DNA of 64,000 nucleotides, from NCBI GenBank assembly GCA_945872365.1, contig CAMBZJ010000015.1:6228-70227 (forward strand), given 5' to 3'. The notes under the pieces were generated by a model that saw nothing but the letters and a program-made list of their open reading frames with translations, searched no databases and was not told the DNA's origin. Position 1 is the first letter of the stretch. Each line of letters starts with the position of its first letter. A program made the translations under genes and the position numbers. This DNA comes from Klebsiella pneumoniae. GTDB taxonomy: Bacteria; Desulfobacterota; Binatia; UBA12015. This document shows, piece after piece, positions 28,695 to 36,662 of this stretch.

Positions 28695-31600
28695 ATGGAC
28701 GTTCGTTCACTGGGTCGATCGGTGCGAGGCGTGCTGGCGCTCGCCCTGTTGGCGGCGGGTTGCGGCGGTGGCACGGGCGGTGGCGGCGGGGAGCGCACGC
28801 CGCAGTTCGTGCTCAAGCCGGTGGGTAGTTCGAGTGCCGCCGGGACCATGCTGGTCGGGATCGATCGACGCAGCATCGACGCCAACCAGTCGGACCAGGT
28901 GCGGATCACCGCCCAGGTCATCGACCCGACGGGCCGTCCGCTCGCGGGCATCGGCGTCACCTTCCACGCCTCGATCGCGGACGTCACGTTCGTCGACGGC
29001 GTGCCGGTCAAGGTGAACGACAACCTACCGGCCGCCGAGGCCATCACCGACGGTGCGGGCATTGCAGTCGTCACCGTGCAGTCCGGCGCGACGCCGGGTC
29101 GCCTCGCGATCCAGGCGTTCACGAGCAACCTGAACCTCGACCTCGGCGGCGTCGTGTTCCTCCAGATCGCCGATGTCGGATTCGTCTCCGGCGACCTCCA
29201 GGTTCTGCCCGACCAGATCGACGTGTCGGATCCCAAGCCGGGCACGACCCTCGAGTTCCTGGTGACCGGCGGCGAGCCGTTCACGCCGCCGTCGGCACCC
29301 TACCGTCTTCAGGACGCGACGAGCGCCATCGGCACCGCGGTCCTCGTCGACCAAGGCACGTACCCGGTGTCGATCCGCTACACGATCAGCGGAAAGGCCG
29401 CCGGCACGCACGTCTTCAACGTCGTCGACGCCAAGGGCAGCCTCGCCAGCGGCTCGGTGGTGGTCGCCGTCTCGACAATGGCCTTCCAGCCGACGAGCGC
29501 GTCCGTCACGGCGGGCGGCAAGCAGGTCTTCGCCATCGGCGGCGGCGTGGCCCCTTATCAGTGCAGATCGTCGGCCGGCTCGATCTACCCTGCGACGGTC
29601 GAGCGCGGCGGAACCCTCACCTTCGACTCGTCGGGCATCGGGATCCCGACCACCGTGACGATCGTCTGCACCGACGTCTCCGGTCAGTCCGCCTCGGCGA
29701 CGGTCACGGTCGCGGTCCCGACGATCTTCGTCCAGCCGTCCTCCGCCTCCCTCTCCGGAGGGCAGAGCCAGACCTTCGTTCTGGGCGGCGGTGCGCCGCC
29801 CTATCGCTGCGAGGCGACCGGTGGCACGATCGTCCCGAGCGAGGTCGCGAACGCCGGGGGTTCGGTGACGTTCACGGCCACGCCGACCGCGACGACGAGC
29901 ACCGGGAGTCTTTCCTGCGTGGATTCCGCGGGCCAGGCGGTCACCGCTTCGATCACGATCAACTCGCTCACGCCGAGGATCGACCCCGCCCAGGCCACCA
30001 TCGGCTCCGGCGCGAGCCAGGTCTTCGCCGTGTCGAGCGGTACGGCACCCTACGAGTGCTCGGCCACGGGCGGAAAAGTCTCGCCCGCCACGGTCTACGA
30101 AAGCGGTGGCACCTTCGTGTTCACCGCGGACCAGACCGCGGTGAACACGCAGGCGAGCGTGCTGTGCCGCGATGCGACCGGTCAGGTCGCGACGGCCTCC
30201 ATCAACGTGACCACCACCGCTCCGAAGATCGAGCCGGCCCAGGCGACGGTCGTCGCGGGTTCGAGCCAGGTCTTCGCCGTGTCGAGCGGTACGGCCCCGT
30301 ACCGGTGTTCGGCGACGGGCGGGACGATCGCGCCGGATCTGGTGGCGACCCCGGGCGGAACGCTCACCTTCACCGCCAACCAGACGGCGGTCGGGGTCCA
30401 GGGGAGGATCGTGTGCACCGATGCGACCGGCCAGGTGGCGACGGCGACCATCAGCGTGACGACGACCGGGCCGAAGATCGAACCGTCCCAGGTCACCCTC
30501 GCCGCGGGGGCGAGCCAGGTCTTCGCGGTGTCCGGCGGCACGGCCCCCTACGTCTGCACGGCGACGGGCGGCACGATCGCGCCCGACACCGTGACCATCC
30601 CCGGCGGGACACTCCTGTTCACCGCCTCGCAGACGGCGTCCCAGGCGACGGTGGTGTGCCGCGACGCGAGCGGCCAGGTGACCACGGCCTCGGTCGTGAT
30701 CGGCGCCTCGAACCTGGTCGTGGCACCGGCGCAGGCGACGTTGCCCGGCGGCGGCAGCCAGGTCTTCGCGGTCTCGGGCGGCTTGCCACCCTACCAGTGC
30801 CAGACCACGCTCGGCACGCTGTCGAACGCGACCATCGCGGCCTCCGGCGGCACGACGACCTTCACCGCCGACCTCGTCTCGGCGAACACCTCCGCCAGCC
30901 TCGTCTGCACCGATGCGAGCGGTCACGTCGCATCCGCCACCATCTCGGTCACGACCACGCCGCCCAGGATCGAGCCGGGCGCGGTCACGATGATCGGCGG
31001 GCAATCACAGGTCTTTGCCGTGACCGACGGCGATCCGCCCTACGACTGCGTCTCGAGCGCCGGCGTTCTCAATCCCCGGACGATCAACGAGCGGGGCGGC
31101 ACGACGGTCTTCAGCGCCGCACCGGTGGCGCAGCCGGCGACCGCGACCATCATCTGCACGGACGCGACCGGGCAGGTCGCGACCGCCACGGTGACGATCA
31201 ACCCGCAACCGACGCCGACACCGGAGCCCTCGGGTACTCCCTCGCCGTCGTCGAGCCCGCCGCTGCCGACGCCGACGCCGGTTCGGATCAGGACGATCGT
31301 GCTTCGGGCGAACCCCTCGAGCCTCGACGGCGTAGCCGGCGGCACGAGCACGATCGTCGCGACCGTGCTCGACGACTTCAACCAGGTGGTTCCCGGCGTC
31401 ACCGTGCTGTTCACGCTTCCGGGCCAGACCGGTGATCCGACCGCGTCCATCCCGACCGTCGACCCGCTCACCGAAACCACCGACGGTGCCGGCCGTGCGG
31501 TGACGACGCTCACGGTGCCGCCCGGTACCCCGCCGCAGTTCCTCTCGGTCACGGCGACGGCCCGCGACGTGAGTGGCACGGGCCAGGTCGCCATAGTCGC

Positions 31601-32012
31601 CCACAACGTGAATCCGCCGGGTCCGCCGGTGCACGTGACGGCCGCTCTCTACTCGGACAGGTCGGGTCGCAACGGCGACGGCACCCTCGTCACCGTGCTC
31701 TCGGCGCTGGTGACCGATGCAAACGGCAACCCGGTCGTCGATGGACTCGACGTCACCTGGAGCCTGCTCTCGCCGCTCTCGGCGAACGTCACGAGTCCGA
31801 CGGCGACGAACAAGCTGCCGCCGTGCGACGTCGCACCCTACGTGGAAGCGACCGGCATCGCGTTGACGCCGCAGCCCGGAACGGCGCTCACCTGCCTGAT
31901 CTTCCCGGCCGACCTGGTCGGACAGACCGCGACGATCCGGATCTCGGTGCCGGGGACGACCCTCGTCGAGACCAGCACGCTCAGCTTCCCGGCTCCGCCG
32001 CCCCCGCCCTGA
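28695..32012 (+). CDS. Giant surface lipoprotein: Big_1-like Ig domain(s), seven tandem ~82-aa Cys-pair repeats, PT-rich linker, C-terminal Big_1-like domains
   Basis: Lipobox LLAAGC followed by a Gly run. VRITAQVIDPTGRPLAGIGVTFHAS...TDGAGIAVVTV resembles the invasin/intimin Ig fold. Repeats carry SQVFAVSGGTAPYxC...GGTxTFTA...C(T/R)DATGQVATA. Linker QPTPTPEPSGTPSPSSSPPLPTPTP. The start is 28695 or 28686. Confidence 0.8.
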   Translation: MDVRSLGRSVRGVLALALLAAGCGGGTGGGGGERTPQFVLKPVGSSSAAGTMLVGIDRRSIDANQSDQVRITAQVIDPTGRPLAGIGVTFHASIADVTFVDGVPVKVNDNLPAAEAITDGAGIAVVTVQSGATPGRLAIQAFTSNLNLDLGGVVFLQIADVGFVSGDLQVLPDQIDVSDPKPGTTLEFLVTGGEPFTPPSAPYRLQDATSAIGTAVLVDQGTYPVSIRYTISGKAAGTHVFNVVDAKGSLASGSVVVAVSTMAFQPTSASVTAGGKQVFAIGGGVAPYQCRSSAGSIYPATVERGGTLTFDSSGIGIPTTVTIVCTDVSGQSASATVTVAVPTIFVQPSSASLSGGQSQTFVLGGGAPPYRCEATGGTIVPSEVANAGGSVTFTATPTATTSTGSLSCVDSAGQAVTASITINSLTPRIDPAQATIGSGASQVFAVSSGTAPYECSATGGKVSPATVYESGGTFVFTADQTAVNTQASVLCRDATGQVATASINVTTTAPKIEPAQATVVAGSSQVFAVSSGTAPYRCSATGGTIAPDLVATPGGTLTFTANQTAVGVQGRIVCTDATGQVATATISVTTTGPKIEPSQVTLAAGASQVFAVSGGTAPYVCTATGGTIAPDTVTIPGGTLLFTASQTASQATVVCRDASGQVTTASVVIGASNLVVAPAQATLPGGGSQVFAVSGGLPPYQCQTTLGTLSNATIAASGGTTTFTADLVSANTSASLVCTDASGHVASATISVTTTPPRIEPGAVTMIGGQSQVFAVTDGDPPYDCVSSAGVLNPRTINERGGTTVFSAAPVAQPATATIICTDATGQVATATVTINPQPTPTPEPSGTPSPSSSPPLPTPTPVRIRTIVLRANPSSLDGVAGGTSTIVATVLDDFNQVVPGVTVLFTLPGQTGDPTASIPTVDPLTETTDGAGRAVTTLTVPPGTPPQFLSVTATARDVSGTGQVAIVAHNVNPPGPPVHVTAALYSDRSGRNGDGTLVTVLSALVTDANGNPVVDGLDVTWSLLSPLSANVTSPTATNKLPPCDVAPYVEATGIALTPQPGTALTCLIFPADLVGQTATIRISVPGTTLVETSTLSFPAPPPPP
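29475..31205 (+). repeat. Seven in-frame tandem coding repeats (243-249 nt each)
   Basis: Repeat boundaries at aa 264/345/428/511/594/675/758/840 of the 28686-numbered ORF. Units 3-5 are clearly similar at the DNA level too (AGCCAGGTCTTCGCCGTGTCGAGCGGTACGGC...). Confidence 0.85.
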
Positions 32013-32055
32013 GCGCAGGCGGGGCGCGGTGCCGATTCGGTGCCGCGTCTCGCCT

Positions 32056-32535
32056 TCAGCCGCGGGGTGTCGCGCTCGGGCGGCCGGCGGCGCCCTGGGT
32101 GTCGCGCGCGGCCTCGACCGCCGCGCGCAGGCCGAGCAGGTAGCTCTGGGGACCGAAACCCGAGATCTGGCCGAGGGCGATGCCCGCGATCAGCGAGACG
32201 TGCCTGAAGCTCTCGCGGCGGTGGATGTTGCTCAGGTGGACCTCGACGATCGGGACGTCGGCCGCCGCGAGAGCGTCCCGCAGCGCGACGCTCGTATGGG
32301 TGAAACCGCCGGCATTGACGACGATCGCCCCCACGCAACCGCGTGCGGCGTGGATGCGGTCGACGAGTTGCCCCTCGTGGTTCGACTGGAATGTCTCGAC
32401 GGCGACGCCGAGTTCCGCGCCGAGAGTCGCCAGGGATTCGTCGATCTCGGCGAGGGTGGTACGGCCGTAGACCTCGGGCTCCCGCTCCCCGAGCAGGTTC
32501 AGGTTGGGCCCGTGCAGCACGAGGATCGTGGTCAC
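32056..32535 (-). CDS. aroQ: Type II 3-dehydroquinate dehydratase
   Basis: [33 protein letters not shown] and [17 protein letters not shown]. 159 aa. Confidence 0.93.
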   Translation of the reverse strand: MTTILVLHGPNLNLLGEREPEVYGRTTLAEIDESLATLGAELGVAVETFQSNHEGQLVDRIHAARGCVGAIVVNAGGFTHTSVALRDALAAADVPIVEVHLSNIHRRESFRHVSLIAGIALGQISGFGPQSYLLGLRAAVEAARDTQGAAGRPSATPRG

Positions 32536-32611
32536 GCAGACTTCCTAGGCGCCTGCCCACCGGGGGTCAACTCCGCTTGCCGGGGCCGCCGCGTTGGCCT
32601 AGCGTCCCGGC

Positions 32612-33115
32612 ATGCCGACCGTCCGACGCGTACTGGGCTGGAAGATCCCGTTCTCGGCCCTGATGGCCCTTCCGCTGCTCTTTCTCCCGCTGCGGTATTT
32701 TCCCGATCTCCAGATTCCCGAATACGATCAGGTCTCGTTGATCTTCATTCGACTCCTCGGCGCGTCGATGGCCGCCCTGCTCGTCGTTCAGGTCTGGGGC
32801 TTCTTCGATCACCATGCGCTGCGCGGAGCGGTCGTTTCCGCGATCGCCGAGACCCTGCTCGTCGCGATGACGATCTGGCACTTCGTGTTCTACGGAACGG
32901 TCCAGAACTGGCCGGTGCTGGGCAAGGCGCTGCTCCTGGTCGAGGGCGGCCTCGCGGCGCTCTTTGCCCTGCTGCTGACGGTGACCGGGATCGGCACCCT
33001 CTTCGGTGACGCCGGGGCGACCGTCGCGAAGCCCGCTCCCACGGGCGGTGCCGACTCGCCGTCGGCCTCGTCGGGGCGCGAACCGATCTGGCCCGGTTCC
33101 GACAGGACCGTCTGA
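32612..33115 (+). CDS. Hypothetical integral membrane protein (about 4 TM)
   Basis: Hydrophobic helices (ALMALPLLFLPL, LLGASMAALLVVQVWGFF, VVSAIAETLLVAMTIWHFVFY, LLLVEGGLAALFALLLTVTGIG). I recognise no family. Confidence 0.6.
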   Translation: MPTVRRVLGWKIPFSALMALPLLFLPLRYFPDLQIPEYDQVSLIFIRLLGASMAALLVVQVWGFFDHHALRGAVVSAIAETLLVAMTIWHFVFYGTVQNWPVLGKALLLVEGGLAALFALLLTVTGIGTLFGDAGATVAKPAPTGGADSPSASSGREPIWPGSDRTV

Positions 33116-33132
33116 GCAAGGTTTCCGGCCGG

Positions 33133-33582
33133 ATGGACCACGGGGAGATCCGCAGGCTGGTCGGACTCATGGAGGAACTCGGCCTCGCGGAGTACGAGTT
33201 CGAGGACGAGAACTCGCGCATCCGGCTGGTGCGTGCGGTCGTGGGCGCCGCCGGCCGCGATCGGTTCCAGCCGGAGCCGACGACGGGCGACTCTACCGGC
33301 ATCGCGACCAGCGAGGCCGCGCAAGACGTTCCGCCCGGACTCGCGGCGGTCCTCTCGCCGATGGTCGGAACCTTCTACCGCGGGGCAGCACCCGATGCGC
33401 CGCCCTTCGTTTCGCCCGGCGAGGTCGTCGAACCCGGACGGGTGCTCTGCCTGATCGAGGCGATGAAGACGATGAACGAGATCGCGGCGGAGTCCGCGGG
33501 GCGAATCGTGAGCGTGCGGGCCGAGAACGGCGCCCCGGTCGAGTACGGGACGATCCTGTTCCTGGTCGAACCGATCGCCTGA
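33133..33582 (+). CDS. accB: Acetyl-CoA carboxylase biotin carboxyl carrier protein
   Basis: Biotinylation motif CLIEAMKTMNEI, a Pro/Ala linker and SPMVGTFY. 149 aa. No accC downstream. Confidence 0.9.
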   Translation: MDHGEIRRLVGLMEELGLAEYEFEDENSRIRLVRAVVGAAGRDRFQPEPTTGDSTGIATSEAAQDVPPGLAAVLSPMVGTFYRGAAPDAPPFVSPGEVVEPGRVLCLIEAMKTMNEIAAESAGRIVSVRAENGAPVEYGTILFLVEPIA

Positions 33583-33597
33583 GCGGGCAGTCGCGCG

Positions 33598-34191
33598 CTA
33601 CTTCCGGCCGCCGGAGAGCCGGTTCCAGTCCTCTGGCGTGTCGATGTCGATCTCGGCCTCGGGGCAGGCGAGGCGTCCGAGACGCTCGGGCGCCTGACGC
33701 AGGATGAGTCCCTTGCACCCCTTGTCGGGGCCGAGCGCCAGCAGGTCGGGAAACAGGCTTCGCGCGAAGAGCGCCGGCACGCCCAGTGTGCCGGCATATT
33801 CGGCCGCGACGACGGGCTGGCCGCCTTCCCGGTGCAGGCGCACGAGCCGCTCGCAGGTCCCGGCACCGACCCGCGGCTGGTCGGACAGGGCGAGGATCGC
33901 CGCGCCGATCCCGGGGTCATCGAGTGCGAGGATGCCGGCGTGGATCGAGGTGCCCATGCCGCCCTGCCAGTCGGGATTGAGCACCCGTCGCACCGGCAGG
34001 TCGGCGACGACCGAACCCACCGCTTCCGCCGAAGCACCGGTCACGACGACGACCGGCCTGCAGCCGGAGGAGAGTGCTGCCTGGGCGGCTCGCCGCAGGA
34101 GCGGCACGCCGTCGGGTTCGAGCAGTTGCTTGGGCTCGCCGAGGCGTCGCGATTCGCCCGCCGCGAGCAGGACGATGGCGACCTCAGGCAC
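33598..34191 (-). CDS. MobA-like NTP transferase (molybdenum cofactor cytidylyl/guanylyl-transferase, MocA-like)
   Basis: GTG 34191. VAIVLLAAGESRRLGEPKQLL, LSDQP and a TPEDW tail. 197 aa. Confidence 0.8.
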   Translation of the reverse strand: MPEVAIVLLAAGESRRLGEPKQLLEPDGVPLLRRAAQAALSSGCRPVVVVTGASAEAVGSVVADLPVRRVLNPDWQGGMGTSIHAGILALDDPGIGAAILALSDQPRVGAGTCERLVRLHREGGQPVVAAEYAGTLGVPALFARSLFPDLLALGPDKGCKGLILRQAPERLGRLACPEAEIDIDTPEDWNRLSGGRK

Positions 34192-34423
34192 GCGCGAGAC
34201 CGCATTCCGGGTGGATCGTCGGCTCCGTCCGCCGGACGTCGGCCCTGCCGAGTTCGATCGCGGGGGCATGGATCGCGCCCTCGCGATGCCGCAGCGGGGC
34301 TGCGGAGTGGTCCTGGAGGACCGCCTGGATCTCGGCCGCGATCGAGAGAGCGATGCTCTCGGGGCGGTCGCCGCCGATGTCGAGACCGATCGGCGCATGG
34401 ACGTTGCCCGCGGACACGTCCGC
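34184..34423 (-). pseudogene. Remnant of an XdhC/CoxI-family accessory gene (C-terminal about 30-40 aa only)
   Basis: ...NVHAPIGLDIGGDRPESIALSIAAEIQAVL matches the conserved C-terminal end of the XdhC Rossmann domain. No N-terminal part exists: the space is occupied by the 3' end of the SMC-like gene, whose stop is at 34428. Confidence 0.55.
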
Positions 34424-34427
34424 CCGC

Positions 34428-36662
34428 CTAGTGGGAACCCGACCGAGCGGTGAGCGCCACCACCTGCGCACCCAGCGCAGCGAAGCGATCGCGCATGGCG
34501 TCGTCGAAGGTGAAGAACAGGATCTGCCAGCCGTCGCCCGCCAGATCGGCCACGGCCGCGGCGAGCGCGTCGCGCCGAGCCGCGTCCGAGGTGAGGAACG
34601 CGTCGTCGAGGACGAGGAAGGCCGGCTGGCCGACGAGGCGACGGACCAGTGCCAGGCGCACCGCGAGCGCCAGTTGATCGCGTGCGCCGCGGCTCAGCGA
34701 CTCGCTCGGCAACTGGAGGCCGTCCTCGCGCTCGACGACCAGGCCGTCGCCGTCGGGGTGGACCTTCACCCAGCGCCCCCCGGTGAGCCGGGCGAGGTGC
34801 GAGCCGGCAGCTGCCGGACCGTCGCCGAGCGCCTCGCGCAGCGGTCGGTCGAAGTCGAGCGCCAGTTCGGAGAGCGCTTCGAGGCAGAGCCGGCCTGCGC
34901 GCAGGCCGCGGTCGATCGCGTCGACCTCGCCGCCGACGCGCGTGCGCTCGCTCTCGACGCCGGAGATGTCGGCGAGGCCCATCGACGCCAGCGCCCGGTC
35001 GCGCCGTTCCACAAGGGCCGTGCGAAGCCGCATCGATGCATCGTCGAGTTCGCGGAGCCGGCGCTCGGCGTCGGTCAGCGCCCCGTGATCGGCGGGAGTC
35101 CCGGGATCCGGCGGCGCCGGCGCCGCGTCCCGACCGGCTTCGTCGATCGTCGCCTCGTCGCCGAGCAGGCTCGCGAGGGTGCGACGGGCTTCGGCCGCCG
35201 TGGCCTCCGCCTCGGTGCGCTCGCGGAGTCTCGCCTCGAGGTCGGCGAGACCGGCGAGGCCGGTGCGTTGGCGGACGTCGCCGACGGCGCGTTGTGCCGC
35301 GTCGAGTGCGACCGCACGCACCGCGGCCTGGCGCCGCGCCGTGTCGACTCGAGCCCGCGCCGCGTCGCGCCGCGCCGACACCGCGGCCAGTTGGGCGTCG
35401 GCGGCCTGAATGTCATCGTCGATTACGTCGAGGTGTGTCGCGCAGGACTCGAGGTCGCTCACGTCGAGCAGGACCGCGCCACAGGCCTCGACCGTGTCGG
35501 CGTCGGCGGCCTCCGCTGCGCGCACCCGCACCGCGGCCAGCAGGGCGAGTACCGCGGCGAGCAGTCCGCAGGCGGCCGCGGCCCCTGCGGCGATCGCGAG
35601 TTGCAGCGGCGCCGTGTCGCCGGCGACGTCGAGCCCGCCGTCGGACCCGGTGACGCGCAGGCCCAGGGCGACGCCCGTGGCCAGCAGCAGGGCGCCGGCC
35701 GCGCCGGCCGGCGCACGCAGGCGTGACCACCATTGCGCGCCGCGCGCCCGCTCGCGCGCTTCCGCGACCAGCTCGGGCAGGCCGCGCCGACGATACTCCT
35801 CGCGGAGATCCTCGACCCGCTCGACCGCGGCGGTGCACTCCCGGACGGCGTTGGCCTCCAGCGTCGCCTGCTCGGCCAGGACCGAGGCGTTGAACTCGGC
35901 GTTCTTCGCGAGCGCCGCGGCCTCCCGCAGCACGGCGACCGCCTCGCGCCAGGCCGCCAGGTCCTCGGTGCGGAAGCCGCCGAGCGCCGCGGCGCGCTCG
36001 GCGGCGGCTCGCGCGGCCGAGCGGGTCTCGACGACCAGGCGGTGGCGCTCCCACCGTTCGGCTTCGCGCAGGCGATCGATCCGGTCGCGAAGGCTCGCGC
36101 GCTCGCGCTCGACGCGCGCCCGCTCGTCGAGGAGGCCGTCGATCGCCGGCAGGTCGGCGACGAAGGCCTCGATCCGGGAGAGTAGCCCGGCGGACCGCTC
36201 CCGCTCCGCGACGCTCGCCGCCTTCGGCGAGCCACCGGGCGTCAACCCGGCGCGCATGCGGACCCGGTCGGAGATCCGCGCCAGGTCGACGCCGACCAGG
36301 CGTCCGCGGATCGAATCGAGCCAGGTGCGCCCGGAATCGAGCGTCGCATCGCCGTCGCGCACGACGAAGAGCCGCGCGAGCGAGGGGTGCTCGCGCAGCA
36401 GCTCGACGAGCGGGCCGCCGTCGGGCGGGTCGAGTCGGAGTTCGACCGCACCGGCGAAGCCCGGGCCGTCGCGCGACTGGTCGAGCATCCTCCGGTTGCC
36501 CGGCCGCACCCGTTCGCGCAGGCCGCGCAGGAGCGCGTCGATGCAGGAGGTCTTGCCGGCCTCGTTTCCGCCGTGGACAACGGTGAGGTCGCCGGGTTCG
36601 AGGGTAAAGTCGCGCAGCGGCCCCACGTCGCGGACGTGTAGCCGGCGGATGCGGATGCTCAC
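34428..36662 (-). CDS. SMC/Rad50-like AAA ATPase with central membrane hairpin (YhaN/SbcE-like)
   Basis: GTG 36662 overlaps the stop of the nuclease gene (GTGA). Walker A HGGNEAGKTS, a long Ala/Arg/Glu coiled coil and two hydrophobic helices mid-protein. C-terminal signature LSRGARDQLALA and Walker B AFLVLDDAF. 744 aa. Confidence 0.8.
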   Translation of the reverse strand: MSIRIRRLHVRDVGPLRDFTLEPGDLTVVHGGNEAGKTSCIDALLRGLRERVRPGNRRMLDQSRDGPGFAGAVELRLDPPDGGPLVELLREHPSLARLFVVRDGDATLDSGRTWLDSIRGRLVGVDLARISDRVRMRAGLTPGGSPKAASVAERERSAGLLSRIEAFVADLPAIDGLLDERARVERERASLRDRIDRLREAERWERHRLVVETRSAARAAAERAAALGGFRTEDLAAWREAVAVLREAAALAKNAEFNASVLAEQATLEANAVRECTAAVERVEDLREEYRRRGLPELVAEARERARGAQWWSRLRAPAGAAGALLLATGVALGLRVTGSDGGLDVAGDTAPLQLAIAAGAAAACGLLAAVLALLAAVRVRAAEAADADTVEACGAVLLDVSDLESCATHLDVIDDDIQAADAQLAAVSARRDAARARVDTARRQAAVRAVALDAAQRAVGDVRQRTGLAGLADLEARLRERTEAEATAAEARRTLASLLGDEATIDEAGRDAAPAPPDPGTPADHGALTDAERRLRELDDASMRLRTALVERRDRALASMGLADISGVESERTRVGGEVDAIDRGLRAGRLCLEALSELALDFDRPLREALGDGPAAAGSHLARLTGGRWVKVHPDGDGLVVEREDGLQLPSESLSRGARDQLALAVRLALVRRLVGQPAFLVLDDAFLTSDAARRDALAAAVADLAGDGWQILFFTFDDAMRDRFAALGAQVVALTARSGSH

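Noticed and set aside
29025-31435. 659-aa minus-strand and 624-aa alternative plus-frame ORFs over the repeat region
   Set aside because: Both are Arg/Gly/Asp-rich translations of the repetitive GC-rich DNA. The listed frame (28695-32012) alone gives a signal peptide, a lipobox and Ig-like domain patterns.
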